This document shows, one piece after another, positions 36,724 to 46,461 of a stretch of 64,000 bases of DNA. The notes beneath the pieces were generated by a model. It did no database searches. It saw only the letters and a program-made list of their open reading frames with translations, and was not told the origin of the DNA. The stretch is from positions 1-64,000 of IMG/VR virus record IMGVR_UViG_3300003316_000080, one strand, 5' to 3'. The position numbers and the translations under genes were made by a program. The stretch is from a virus. The stretch's first letter is position 1; the number at the start of each line of letters is the position of its first letter.

Positions 36724-37107
36724 ATGGTCACTGGTGAGTACCCAGTGCCTGGGACGGGCACCAAGGCGGCTGGTGTGGACGTCGGCGCCATCGTGCAGTC
36801 GCGTGACGCTCAGTACGGCGGCTTCGCGAACGTGGCGCGTGTCACGCAGACGATCAAGCACATCATTCGCGAGGAAGCGGAAGGCAGTCGTTTCCGTGCG
36901 ATGACTGCCGACCAGCAAGAAGCCCTCGATATGATCGCTCACAAGATGGCGCGGATCATCTGTGGTGACGCTAACTGCATCGACTCGTGGGCTGACATCG
37001 CCGGCTATGCGAAGCTGGTGGCTGATCGTCTGCAGTCAAGCGACAAGCCGGCCTGCGGCAGCGCAAGGCCGATGACGCGTCCTCACGACATCGGCACCGA
37101 CCACTGA
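36724..37107 (+). CDS. hypothetical protein
   Basis: ORF track. Confidence 0.5.
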   Translation: MVTGEYPVPGTGTKAAGVDVGAIVQSRDAQYGGFANVARVTQTIKHIIREEAEGSRFRAMTADQQEALDMIAHKMARIICGDANCIDSWADIAGYAKLVADRLQSSDKPACGSARPMTRPHDIGTDH

Positions 37108-37124
37108 TCGACACTTGACCACCG

Positions 37125-37157
37125 AGGGCCCGTATACCTGCGGGCCCTTTTCATTTG
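37125..37157 (+). terminator. rho-independent terminator
   Basis: stem AGGGCCCG 37125-37132 / CGGGCCCT 37141-37148, loop TATACCTG, T-tract TTTTCATTT; followed by GGAGAAA and ATG 37168. Confidence 0.55.
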
Positions 37158-37167
37158 GAGAAACAAG

Positions 37168-37371
37168 ATGAACGAGAGGCTCACGGGACGGATACGACAT
37201 CGACTCGGGTATGAAAGTGCCGGAGGGTTTCGGCCGCCACGCGCTGTGTTGGTCCTGCAAGTTGAAGTGTCACGTGAGGACGGGCCGCCCGATGGACAGG
37301 GCATGCCTGCATATCTGGCTGCTGTCTATTGGCGTGATGCCCGTGTCGAAGACATGCACCTGATCACATGA
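37168..37371 (+). CDS. hypothetical protein
   Basis: ORF track. Confidence 0.45.
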   Translation: MNERLTGRIRHRLGYESAGGFRPPRAVLVLQVEVSREDGPPDGQGMPAYLAAVYWRDARVEDMHLIT

Positions 37372-37659
37372 ACATGCCAACCTGGGCTGACGTGGCGACC
37401 CTCGTCGCCTTCATCATTGCGGTTGCTGTCGTGGACCGCTTACTAGACTGGATGGACGAATGAACACACATGCTGCGGAAGGGCGCGCTCTTCAGTTGCG
37501 CTGCGCGTGTGAAGGCTGCGCAGAGGTTGCTGCCACACGGCGCCAACTGACTGCATATCATAACGACGATAGCAACTGGAACTAGTTGTGCTTGTGGCAC
37601 CAAGCTGAAGCCGATGCGTACTGGCAGGAACGCTGGGCTGACTACTATGGAGGTCTGCT

Positions 37660-37854
37660 ATGACTGAACTGACACGTGTCCGCAACGAAGAACGATGCAA
37701 GGCTGTGCCGGGCGCGTACATCACTGATGACGGACACGTGCTTGTGGACAGCACCAACGCAACGTCACCACTTGAAGTGCTGTGCGCGATCGCAGTGCTG
37801 GTGACTGCAAGGACAATGCGTCGGATGAAACACCCGCCCGTGCCGACACGATGA
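37660..37854 (+). CDS. hypothetical protein
   Basis: ATGGAGG SD; stop overlaps HNH start. Confidence 0.4.
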   Translation: MTELTRVRNEERCKAVPGAYITDDGHVLVDSTNATSPLEVLCAIAVLVTARTMRRMKHPPVPTR

Positions 37855-38306
37855 AGCTCACCAAGAAACAACGTGAAGCCCTTAAACAGAAGTTCGGGGG
37901 CTTTTGTGCATATTGCGGCTGCAAACTTGGTGAGCGCTGGCAGGCGGATCACATACAGGCCGTTCAGCGCAGTGTGCAGGGACATTGGGTGCGCCAAGAC
38001 CCTAGCAAGCGCTGGTCGCCGATGGTGTTCAAGCGCACCGGCGTCACTGTGGGTCGGCCGGAACTGGACATCCTTGACAATCTTGCACCAGCGTGCGGAC
38101 CTTGCAACGGCGATAAGTCCGATATGGACCTAGAGACGTGGCGCCATCGCCTCTCTCAAACATTGACCGTGCTGGGCAACAACTACGGTCGGTACAAAGA
38201 CGCCCTGCGCTTCGGGTTGATCGTCGAAACCCCCAAGCCCATAGAATTCCACTTCGAGCGGTGGCAACGGACCCCGCGCCGCCAACTGAAAGAGGACACC
38301 CTATGA
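37851..38306 (+). CDS. HNH endonuclease (packaging-associated position upstream of portal)
   Basis: CAYCGC...WQADHIQAV...NLAPACGPCNGDKSD. Confidence 0.8.
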   Translation: MKLTKKQREALKQKFGGFCAYCGCKLGERWQADHIQAVQRSVQGHWVRQDPSKRWSPMVFKRTGVTVGRPELDILDNLAPACGPCNGDKSDMDLETWRHRLSQTLTVLGNNYGRYKDALRFGLIVETPKPIEFHFERWQRTPRRQLKEDTL

Positions 38307-39865
38307 GCAACAAGGTATCCGTGCGCGCTGCCAAGCAAGCTGCCGTCCGGGAGGACACGCGGGCCCGTAAACAACTTACTGGTGATGCTCAGCCACAGCT
38401 AGGTGCAGTCACCACGATCGACAGCTTCCAGAACCTCGCTCATCGTCTGGGCGTCGGTGCGGATAACGTGCTGTCCTACGGCTCATATGCCTTCAACCCC
38501 CTCACACGCAACCGCGTGCTGCTGGAGTGGATCCACCGGGGCTCGTGGATCGGCGGGCAGGCGATCGACATCATCCCGGAGGACATGACGAAGAACGGGA
38601 TTGAGATCGAAGGCGAGATGGACCCGGCTGATGTGCAGCACATCGAGCGCATCGCCACTGCAACTGATGTGTGGGGGCAGATCAACGAAACGCTGCAGTG
38701 GGGACGCCTGTACGGTGGCGCTATCTGTGTGGCGCTGATCGACGGACAGGATCTGCGCACGCCCCTCAATCTCGATACCGTCGGCACTGGGCAGTTCAAG
38801 GGCCTGCTGACGCTGGACCGGTGGATGGTGGAACCTACACTGGAAGACCTCGTGACGGAGATGGGCCCTCATCTGGGTCTGCCGAAGTACTACCGCGTCA
38901 ACGACAGTGCCCCGGCCCTGCGTGGCCGTGTCGTGCACTACACGCGTGTGATGGTGCGGCATACGGGCATCAAGTTGCCGTACCAGCAGCGCCTGCAAGA
39001 GAACCTGTGGGGCATCTCGGAACTGGAGCGCCTGTATGACCGCATGCTGGCCTTCGACACAGCCACCATGGGCGCAGCACAACTCGTGTCCAAGGCGTTC
39101 TTGCGCACGCTGTCGGTGGAGAACCTGCGCGATGTGGTCGCTGCTGGTGGCAAGCCTCAAGCAGGTCTGTACAGCTACGTCGAGATGATGAGGCGCTTCC
39201 AGGGCGTAGAAGGCATCACGCTGATCGACGCCAAAGACAAGTTCGAGGCACAGGCAGGCGCCCTCACCGGCATGACGGGCATCAAGGAAGTGCTGCTGAG
39301 CCTTGCTGAGCAACTCGGCGGCGCGCTGCAGATGCCACTGACGCGATTGCTGGGCCAGTCGCCTGGTGGCCTGAACAGTGACGGCGACGGCGAGATGCAG
39401 ACGTACTACAGCGGCATCAAGCGGCGCCAGGAAAGAGATCTGCGCTTCGGCGTCAACACGATTTATCACCTGATCGCACGCTCGATCGGCATCAAGATTT
39501 CTGACGACGTCAACATCAGTTTCTGCGATCTGTTCGAGCAGTCTGACGACAAGAAGTCGGATATCGCCACGAAGACGGCGACGGCAGTCACGGAAGCCTA
39601 TGACGCCGGCTTGATCAATCAGCAGGTCGCTATGAAGGAACTGCGTCAGTCCTCGCGCCGTACTGGTCTCTTCTCCAATATCACCGCCGAGATGATCGAG
39701 AACGCAGACGAAGAGATCCAGGCGCCCGGCATCGAGGAACTGCAAGCGGCCATGAAGGCTGGAGGTACGGAAGATGGCAACAACACCCCGCCGAATGGGC
39801 AGCAGCAAGAGAAGCCGGTGGGAGCCGAAAAGACACCTCGCAAACAGCTACTACAAGCAACTTGA
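38303..39865 (+). CDS. portal protein
   Basis: ~520 aa, ATGA coupling to HNH, followed by MuF-like gene; assignment mainly by size and synteny. Confidence 0.65.
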   Translation: MSNKVSVRAAKQAAVREDTRARKQLTGDAQPQLGAVTTIDSFQNLAHRLGVGADNVLSYGSYAFNPLTRNRVLLEWIHRGSWIGGQAIDIIPEDMTKNGIEIEGEMDPADVQHIERIATATDVWGQINETLQWGRLYGGAICVALIDGQDLRTPLNLDTVGTGQFKGLLTLDRWMVEPTLEDLVTEMGPHLGLPKYYRVNDSAPALRGRVVHYTRVMVRHTGIKLPYQQRLQENLWGISELERLYDRMLAFDTATMGAAQLVSKAFLRTLSVENLRDVVAAGGKPQAGLYSYVEMMRRFQGVEGITLIDAKDKFEAQAGALTGMTGIKEVLLSLAEQLGGALQMPLTRLLGQSPGGLNSDGDGEMQTYYSGIKRRQERDLRFGVNTIYHLIARSIGIKISDDVNISFCDLFEQSDDKKSDIATKTATAVTEAYDAGLINQQVAMKELRQSSRRTGLFSNITAEMIENADEEIQAPGIEELQAAMKAGGTEDGNNTPPNGQQQEKPVGAEKTPRKQLLQAT

Positions 39866-40547
39866 GCAGATCGTCAGGGTCGTGCGCCAGTTGATCACTG
39901 GCATCGATCCTGACGGCGATCTGAGGCTTGCTGGTGAGGTGTCGCGGGCGCTGACCACCTACGCTCAGGTGCTCACGCCCTGGGCAGAGGCTGTGGCCGG
40001 CCAGATGATTGCTCAGGTCGCACAGTCCAACTGGAACCAATGGGACCAGTGGATGAACCACAGTCGTGACATCAGCCGGGCCCTGAAGCACGAAATCGAG
40101 TTCGCTCCTACGGGTGTCACGCTGCGTGCGCTGCAGGCTGAGCAGGTCAAACTGATCAAGTCCCTGCCCCTCGATGCAGCAGAGCGTGTACAGGATCTCG
40201 CACTGGGCAATCTGTACTCTGGTGAGCGCGCAGACGTGCTGCGTAAGCATTTACTGGAGACATCAGAGATCACAGAGAACCGGGCCAAGTTGATCGCTCG
40301 CACGGAGACATCTCGTGTGCACACCAATCTGATCAAGGCACGTGCTGAATACGCGGGGTCAGTGGGCTTTATCTGGCGCACCAGTCGTGACGGCGATGTG
40401 AGGCACTCTCACAAGGAGCAAGAAGGCAAGTTCTTCCAGTGGGATAACCCGCCCAAAACCGATGCTGGATTGGCCCCATACGTTGCAGGCGCAGGTCCGA
40501 ACTGCAGATGCTGGCCTCAGCCAGTGTGGCCTGACGACGATGACTGA
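39774..40547 (+). CDS. head morphogenesis protein (Mu F / SPP1 gp7 family)
   Basis: RTETSRVHTNLIKARAEY...WRTSRDGDVRHSHKEQEGKFF...GPNCRCW. Confidence 0.75.
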   Translation: MATTPRRMGSSKRSRWEPKRHLANSYYKQLEQIVRVVRQLITGIDPDGDLRLAGEVSRALTTYAQVLTPWAEAVAGQMIAQVAQSNWNQWDQWMNHSRDISRALKHEIEFAPTGVTLRALQAEQVKLIKSLPLDAAERVQDLALGNLYSGERADVLRKHLLETSEITENRAKLIARTETSRVHTNLIKARAEYAGSVGFIWRTSRDGDVRHSHKEQEGKFFQWDNPPKTDAGLAPYVAGAGPNCRCWPQPVWPDDDD

Positions 40548-40621
40548 TACACTGGCGGCGCCTGCGGTGGTCTGAACAGCGCCGCAGGCTGTTTGTCTCC
40601 AATGTGGCTAATCACCACTTC

Positions 40622-40652
40622 AGCCCGGTGCAACACACCGGGCTTTTTCTTT
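40622..40652 (+). terminator. rho-independent terminator
   Basis: stem AGCCCGGTG / CACCGGGCT, loop CAACA, T-tract TTTTTCTTT; weaker hairpins at 40560-40589 and 40741-40764. Confidence 0.65.
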
Positions 40653-40806
40653 GCTACGATGCTTACGCTTTCACGAGCAGACTCCGAGAGAAGGGGAATA
40701 GACGTGAACCGGGGCCGATACCGGTGATCGTCGGCTAGGGCCGGTTGACACGTGGGGTCACCGGCCCTTGTTTTATGTTCTCGCGGGATATCTATAATCC
40801 CTGCCA

Positions 40807-40824
40807 CCAGTAAAAAGATTCAGG
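40807..40824. repeat. CAGTAAA-palindrome motif copy (CCAGTAAAAAGATTCAGG)
   Basis: between TATAAT (40793-40798) and scaffold-gene RBS. Confidence 0.45.
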
Positions 40825-40835
40825 AAGCTCCCTAC

Positions 40836-42335
40836 ATGAAGCTCTTGGTCAAATCCTCTTGGTGGAGGTCACTTGTGACACGAAAACGAGTTCGCACCAT
40901 TGACCGCGCTGCCGGGGATTTCCACACTCCCCTGCAACTAGGCCCGAAGCGCCGTATGACGCCGGAAGGCTTCCTACTCTGTGAAGACGTCCCCATTGGA
41001 CGCACAGGTGAACTGCTCTATGCAGCTGGTGAAGTTCCGGTGGAACCTGACCGGCGCGGTCTCATCACCATCACCCGGGATGCCGCCGCCCTCTTCCACC
41101 CCGACACGATCGCCAGTTTCAACGGCAAGCCGGTTACCGACAATCACCCGCCCGGTATGGAGGTAAGCCCGGACAACTACCTGATGTACGGCAAAGGCTT
41201 CACGGTGAATGCCCGCCGTGGTGAAGGTGAGTACAGCGACTGCATCGTGGCAGACCTACTCATCATGGATAAGCACACCATCGCGAAGATCATCGCGGGG
41301 AAGGTCGAAGTCTCGTCGGGATACAAGGCAGACTACGAAGACAACGGCGGCGGCTTCGGCCGTCAAATCGCCATCCTGGGCAATCATGTAGCGCTGGTCG
41401 ATAAAGGTCGCTGTGGCCCGCGCTGTGCTATCGGCGACCATGACACCACTGAAGGAGAAGAGGAAATGCCAACACCGAACGCCAAACCGGCGAACAAGGG
41501 TCAGCGTGCGCAACTGCTCGCACACGCGCTCAAGGCTGCTCTGACCGCCGACGAGGCGGGCGAGTTGGCCGATCAACTGGCCGGCGACAACGCGGGTGAT
41601 CCCGTCGACGGCGCCACCCACATCCATTTCCACAGCAGCGGCGCCACGCTGAGCCCCACGGGCGCTGACGGCGGCGCTGCCTCGAAGACCGGCACCACGA
41701 CCGGCGACGAGCGCATGGACAAGCTGGAGAAGATCGTCGGCGACATGGGCACCACGCTCAAGACTGTCGGCGATTCCGTCGCTGAACTCATGAAGAAGTT
41801 CGGCGGCCCCGGTGGCGACAGCGCCGCGACGACCGAAGAAGACGGCAAGAAGACGGGCGACGAAGGCTCCGGCGAGGATGACAAGTCCAAGACGGGCGAT
41901 TCCGCCGCTCTGGCGACCAGCTATGCCAAGCTGGCCCAGGACTGCGAGATTCTCGTGCCGGGCTTCAAGCCGCCGACGCTGGACACCAAGGCCAAGCGCA
42001 GCGCTACCGTGGACAGCATGTGCGCGATCCGTCGCAACGCGCTGGGCCACTTCGCGATGGCTCCCGGTGCCGCCCAGGTGATCCAGGCCGCGTCGGGTGA
42101 TGCCCAGTTCAACGTGGCAACCGCCGACTGCGCCACCGTCGCTGAGGTGTTCAGCGCCTCGGTGATGGCGAAGCGGATGGCGAACAACCAAGCCGCCACC
42201 GGTGACGCTGCCAAGATCCCGGCGCTGCTCAAGCCTGTCGGTGTCTCGTCGTCTGGCGCTCCGGCGTCCCTGAGCCCTGCTGACCTCAACAAGCAGTACT
42301 CGGACTTCTGGGCCAAGCAGAACCGCATGAACTGA
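40836..42335 (+). CDS. putative scaffolding / prohead protein
   Basis: position between MuF-like and capsid genes; Ala-rich acidic C-terminal half. Confidence 0.5.
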   Translation: MKLLVKSSWWRSLVTRKRVRTIDRAAGDFHTPLQLGPKRRMTPEGFLLCEDVPIGRTGELLYAAGEVPVEPDRRGLITITRDAAALFHPDTIASFNGKPVTDNHPPGMEVSPDNYLMYGKGFTVNARRGEGEYSDCIVADLLIMDKHTIAKIIAGKVEVSSGYKADYEDNGGGFGRQIAILGNHVALVDKGRCGPRCAIGDHDTTEGEEEMPTPNAKPANKGQRAQLLAHALKAALTADEAGELADQLAGDNAGDPVDGATHIHFHSSGATLSPTGADGGAASKTGTTTGDERMDKLEKIVGDMGTTLKTVGDSVAELMKKFGGPGGDSAATTEEDGKKTGDEGSGEDDKSKTGDSAALATSYAKLAQDCEILVPGFKPPTLDTKAKRSATVDSMCAIRRNALGHFAMAPGAAQVIQAASGDAQFNVATADCATVAEVFSASVMAKRMANNQAATGDAAKIPALLKPVGVSSSGAPASLSPADLNKQYSDFWAKQNRMN

Positions 42336-42336
42336 A

Positions 42337-42354
42337 GCAGTAAACAGTTACTGC
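42337..42354. repeat. CAGTAAA-palindrome motif copy (GCAGTAAACAGTTACTGC, perfect 7+7 inverted repeat)
   Basis: 2 nt after stop of scaffold gene. Confidence 0.55.
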
Positions 42355-42380
42355 AACACCTTCAACTCCAAGGAACCGAA

Positions 42381-43076
42381 ATGAAAAACGTGCTCAAGCG
42401 CTTCGACGCGATCCTGCTGGTGGGTCTGGCCGCCGTCGTTGCGACCATTTCCACCGTTGTGCAGACGGTGGCCGGCTTCGCTGCCTACGTCGTCCACACC
42501 CTGAAGGAAACCGGCCTGCGCATCGTGTGCGGCCCGCAAGTCTCCCTGACCCCGACTGGCGATGTCGCCATCACCTACCGCATGGGTGGCGGCACCCCCG
42601 GTGACGTGAACCGCACTCATCCGTTCTCTGTGCTGCCCTGCCTGATGGACGCGGCCAACCCGGTGCTGTTCTACGGTGATGCTGTCTTCGTCGGCACTGC
42701 CTCGAACGTGCGTCGTGTGGCGACCACCGACGGTTCTGCGACGGCTGGTCCGCTGTACGGTGTGGCGGCCCGTCCGTACCCGATCCAGCAGACCAGCGGC
42801 GGCATGTCGTCGTCGTTTGGCGTGGCCCCTGTGTCGTCCAATCAACCGCTCGACGTGGTGCGCCAAGGCTTCGTGATCGTGAAGCTGCCTGCTGGCGCTG
42901 TCGTCAAGAAGGGTGATCCGGTGCAAGTGTGGGCGGCTGCTTCGGCGGGTGCCAACGTGCAAGGTCAGTTCGTCGCTGCGGCGTCGGGCACCAACACTTT
43001 CACCGCGACCAACGCGAAGTACAACGGCCCGGCCGATGCCGACGGCAACGTCGAAATCGAAATCTGGGCCGCCTGA
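42381..43076 (+). CDS. capsid-associated structural protein
   Basis: AAGGAA SD; position between scaffold and major capsid. Confidence 0.45.
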   Translation: MKNVLKRFDAILLVGLAAVVATISTVVQTVAGFAAYVVHTLKETGLRIVCGPQVSLTPTGDVAITYRMGGGTPGDVNRTHPFSVLPCLMDAANPVLFYGDAVFVGTASNVRRVATTDGSATAGPLYGVAARPYPIQQTSGGMSSSFGVAPVSSNQPLDVVRQGFVIVKLPAGAVVKKGDPVQVWAAASAGANVQGQFVAAASGTNTFTATNAKYNGPADADGNVEIEIWAA

Positions 43077-43117
43077 TCCGCCTCGGCGTCACCTCAGCAA
43101 CTACCAAGGAATCCATC

Positions 43118-44338
43118 ATGAAATTCCCGAAGATCTTCACGCCGAAGCGCTCCATCGTGCGCGTGGTGCGTGGTCACATGACTGGCGACAACGGCAGCGC
43201 CCTTGCGGCACTGCTGGCCGGCGCCGGTCACAACACCTTCGACGCCAACGCGGTCGGCGCGCTGCTGGCCGCTCCGACGGCCTCGATCGATCTGTACGGC
43301 AACCAGCGCGGCCACACCCTGCAACACCCGGTGCAGATCAAGACCGCTGACGGCCAGATGCGCACGGTCGACTCGACCGGCGCCTTCATGGTCGGTGAGC
43401 TGGAGCGCCTCGACCCGACCATGAACATGCCGCTGGTCGACGTGTCATGGTCGCGTGACATCGACCTGCGCGAAGACGTGTCGCTGGCCGACGAACTGTC
43501 GTCGTACACGCTGAGCCAGATCGCGGCGGCTGGTGGCCTCGCTGCCGGCGCCGGCATCCGCAACGGTAAGGCGTGGATCGGTAAGGTGTCCAACCAGATC
43601 GGCGGCGTGTCCGTCGACATCTCGAAGATCACCAACCCGCTGACGCTCTGGGGCATGGAAGTCAAGTACTCCATCCCGGAACTGGAGAGCGCCGCGCGCG
43701 CCGGTCGTCCGATCGATGAACAGAAGCTGGAGGGCCTGCGCCTGAAGCAGCAGATGGACGTCGACGAGCAGGTCTACGTGGGTGACGCCCAGATCAACGT
43801 GGGCGGCCTGTGCAACCACTCGCTGGTCACCAACGTCGCCAACCTGCCCAACGGTGCGGGCGGCTCGCCGCGCTGGTCCCTGAAGACGGCCGATGAGATC
43901 CTGACGGACGTCAACGCGATCCTGACCTCCGCGTGGCGCGCGTCAGGCTACGCGCAGATCCCCAACCGCCTGCTGCTGCCGCCCACCGTGTTCGGCATGC
44001 TGACGACCCGGATCGTGTCGTCTGCCGGCTCCGTCTCGATCCTGCGGTACCTGCTGGAGAACAACATTCTTACCAAGCAGGGCAAGGGTGATCTGGAGAT
44101 CTTCCCGGTCAAGTGGCTGGTCGGCTGCGGCGTCGGCGGCACCATCGGCACGGAAGGCGGTGTCGACCGCATGGTGGCGTACCGCAAGGACAAGCGTCTG
44201 GTGCGCTTCCCCATGACCGGCCTGCAGCGCACCCCGGTGCAGTTCTCGTCGATCTACCACAGCACGACGTACTTCAACCGCCTCGGCGTCGTCGAGTTCG
44301 TCTACCCGGAGACGGCGGCCTACAGAGACGGTCTCTAA
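43118..44338 (+). CDS. major capsid protein
   Basis: 406 aa, position after scaffold; ATG 43118. Confidence 0.6.
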   Translation: MKFPKIFTPKRSIVRVVRGHMTGDNGSALAALLAGAGHNTFDANAVGALLAAPTASIDLYGNQRGHTLQHPVQIKTADGQMRTVDSTGAFMVGELERLDPTMNMPLVDVSWSRDIDLREDVSLADELSSYTLSQIAAAGGLAAGAGIRNGKAWIGKVSNQIGGVSVDISKITNPLTLWGMEVKYSIPELESAARAGRPIDEQKLEGLRLKQQMDVDEQVYVGDAQINVGGLCNHSLVTNVANLPNGAGGSPRWSLKTADEILTDVNAILTSAWRASGYAQIPNRLLLPPTVFGMLTTRIVSSAGSVSILRYLLENNILTKQGKGDLEIFPVKWLVGCGVGGTIGTEGGVDRMVAYRKDKRLVRFPMTGLQRTPVQFSSIYHSTTYFNRLGVVEFVYPETAAYRDGL

Positions 44339-44355
44339 TGTGAATTCATAGTGTA

Positions 44356-44389
44356 CCATGGGGACCTTTTCACAAGGAGGTCCCCATGG
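44356..44389 (+). promoter_or_regulatory. RNA hairpin sequestering RBS and start codon of GIY-YIG gene
   Basis: perfect 11-bp inverted repeat CCATGGGGACC (44356-44366) / GGTCCCCATGG (44379-44389); loop holds AAGGA; ATG 44386 inside right arm. Confidence 0.5.
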
Positions 44390-45051
44390 ACACAAGAGTT
44401 CGCAAGGTTTACGCGTTGATGGACCCACGTGGGGCTGTAACCAGCGTCCGATATGTCGGGTGCACGCTTCAGAAGATTCTGAACAGGTTGCAGTCCCACA
44501 TTTACGAAGCAGAGACGAGTCCTGATGTCACACCAAAGCTTGTGTGGTTGCGAGCGCTGGCCGACGCGGGTTTAAAGCCTCTGATCGTGCACTTGGAAAC
44601 AGTGGCACCTGAAGACGACTGGCAAGAGCGTGAGAAGTACTGGATCGCGAAATACAGCGGACCTGAATTGCTCAACACAACGACAGGTGGTATCGGGGCA
44701 CAGGGTTTAGCCCAAGATGTTCGTGATCGAATTTCGGAAGCGCTGCGCGGTCGTAGCCTGAGTGAAGAGCACAAAGCAAAGCTACGGAAGAACGCAGCAG
44801 AGAACCCATACAAGCACACAGAAGAAGCGAAGCGCGCTATCTCGGAGTCCAAGAAAGGTCTGAAGTTAGGACCCTTGTCCAACGAAGCCAAGCAGAAACT
44901 GCGTGATGCCATGGGCTCTCTGGTGTGGATCACCAACGGGCGGGAAAACCGACGTGTGAAAGCAGATGCCATTCCGGCTGGGTGGCAGAAGGGGCGAGCC
45001 CCAAAGGACCAGCCAAAGCAATCACGCCGCGTACTTCGCGACGACCTTTAA
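44386..45051 (+). CDS. GIY-YIG homing endonuclease with NUMOD3-like repeats
   Basis: KVYALMDPRG...VRYVGCT, conserved Glu in QEREKYWIAKY, repeated S-E-E-H-K-A-K-L motifs; free-standing between capsid and tail genes. Confidence 0.8.
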   Translation: MDTRVRKVYALMDPRGAVTSVRYVGCTLQKILNRLQSHIYEAETSPDVTPKLVWLRALADAGLKPLIVHLETVAPEDDWQEREKYWIAKYSGPELLNTTTGGIGAQGLAQDVRDRISEALRGRSLSEEHKAKLRKNAAENPYKHTEEAKRAISESKKGLKLGPLSNEAKQKLRDAMGSLVWITNGRENRRVKADAIPAGWQKGRAPKDQPKQSRRVLRDDL

Positions 45052-45067
45052 CCCAAGGAGAGCCGAA

Positions 45068-45355
45068 ATGGCAAAAGCCCCGACGAACACCAACAAGTCG
45101 ACGAAGTCCACGGCGCGCAACACGCTGCTGACCACGGACAAGTCGCCGATTCCGCAGCCGGAAGGCCATGGCCCGACGGAGACGGAGAAGCTGGCCGCTG
45201 AAGACAAGGTGCGTGTCTTCGTGCCCAAGGCGTTCAAGATCACGCTGGACGATGGCGACATGGTCGACATCGCGGCCGGTGAACAGAAGATGCCCAAGTC
45301 GCTCGCCGAGCACTGGTACTCCAAGGTCAACGGCGTCGAGATCGCTGAAGACTGA
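45068..45355 (+). CDS. hypothetical structural protein
   Basis: ORF track; GGAGAG SD. Confidence 0.45.
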   Translation: MAKAPTNTNKSTKSTARNTLLTTDKSPIPQPEGHGPTETEKLAAEDKVRVFVPKAFKITLDDGDMVDIAAGEQKMPKSLAEHWYSKVNGVEIAED

Positions 45356-45384
45356 GGACACGTCGCACTGCTGCAGGAGATCGT

Positions 45385-45855
45385 ATGGACTGCTCTACCT
45401 CGGATGTGGTTGTCACGGTGACGGGCTTTCGGGAGACGTTTCCCGAGTTCGTCAACGACGTGGCGTACCCGGCGTACATGATCGAGCCGCTGCTGACACT
45501 GAACAAGCAGCTGGTGAACCAAGCGCGCTTCGGGGATCTGACGGCCTACATGATCTACCTGCGCACTGCGCACATGCTGGTGATCCAGAAGCAAAGCATG
45601 AACGCGGCGGCACGCGGGGGTGTGCCGGGGATGTCGGTCGGACCCATGAGCAGCAAAGGCGCTGAAGGCATGTCGGCTTCGTATGAGGTCGGTGCCGTCA
45701 TGGAAGACGGTGCGGGATGGTGGAATGGCACCGTCTACGGCCGTATGTGGTGGTCGTACAAGAACCTGTTTGGCGCAGGTCCCATGCAGGTCGGTGGCCC
45801 CGGTCCTGCTGTGCTGACGGCGTGGCCGGGCCCAGGTGGTTTCTTCCCTGTGTGA
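45385..45855 (+). CDS. hypothetical structural protein
   Basis: ORF track. Confidence 0.45.
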   Translation: MDCSTSDVVVTVTGFRETFPEFVNDVAYPAYMIEPLLTLNKQLVNQARFGDLTAYMIYLRTAHMLVIQKQSMNAAARGGVPGMSVGPMSSKGAEGMSASYEVGAVMEDGAGWWNGTVYGRMWWSYKNLFGAGPMQVGGPGPAVLTAWPGPGGFFPV

Positions 45856-45861
45856 GGCCAC

Positions 45862-46461
45862 ATGGCAAACAGCAAACGCGATGTGCCCAAGGAGTTACCC
45901 TCGTCCCTGAGTGTCACCAAAGACAACATGGCGGCGCTCTTCAGTGGACTCTCGCGTCTGGTGAGCCGTGAGGTGCTGGTGGGCTTTCCCGAGGGGGAAG
46001 ACAACGAGCGCAAGCCTGAGCCTGGTGAGCCCGAAGGTCTGACCAACGCGGCACTGGGCTACATCCACGACAACGGATCTGAAGACGCACATATCCCTGC
46101 GCGTCCGTTCATGGTGCCCGGTCTGGAGTCTGTGAAGGAAGAGACTTCCAGCGCACTGGGCGGCGCTGCACGTGTAGCTCTGTCGGCGCGCGGGGGTGAT
46201 GCTGTCGAGCAGCGTCTGCACCGTGCCGGCAGCATCGCAGCCAACGGTATCAAGGCCAAGGTCAATGAAGGTGTGCCCCCTCCACTTGCAGACGCCACCG
46301 TGCGTGCACGTGCTCGTCGCGGCCGCAAGGGCGCCAAGGAGGAATTGGAGCGCCGCAGTCAAGGTGAAGCCCCCGGCACTGATCTCGCGAAGCCCTTGGT
46401 CGACACAGCCCAGATGCGCAACGCGATCACCTACGCAATCCGCAACAGGGAGGCCGAATAA
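45862..46461 (+). CDS. head-tail joining protein (HK97 gp10-like)
   Basis: ARPFMVPG ... KPLVDTAQMRNAITYAI resembles gp10 family. Confidence 0.5.
   Translation: MANSKRDVPKELPSSLSVTKDNMAALFSGLSRLVSREVLVGFPEGEDNERKPEPGEPEGLTNAALGYIHDNGSEDAHIPARPFMVPGLESVKEETSSALGGAARVALSARGGDAVEQRLHRAGSIAANGIKAKVNEGVPPPLADATVRARARRGRKGAKEELERRSQGEAPGTDLAKPLVDTAQMRNAITYAIRNREAE

Noticed and set aside
40745-40798. Perfect TTGACA (40745-40750) and TATAAT (40793-40798) as a consensus promoter
   Set aside because: The hexamers are 42 bp apart and TTGACA forms part of a hairpin stem (40741-40764); only the -10 may be functional, so no promoter feature was called.
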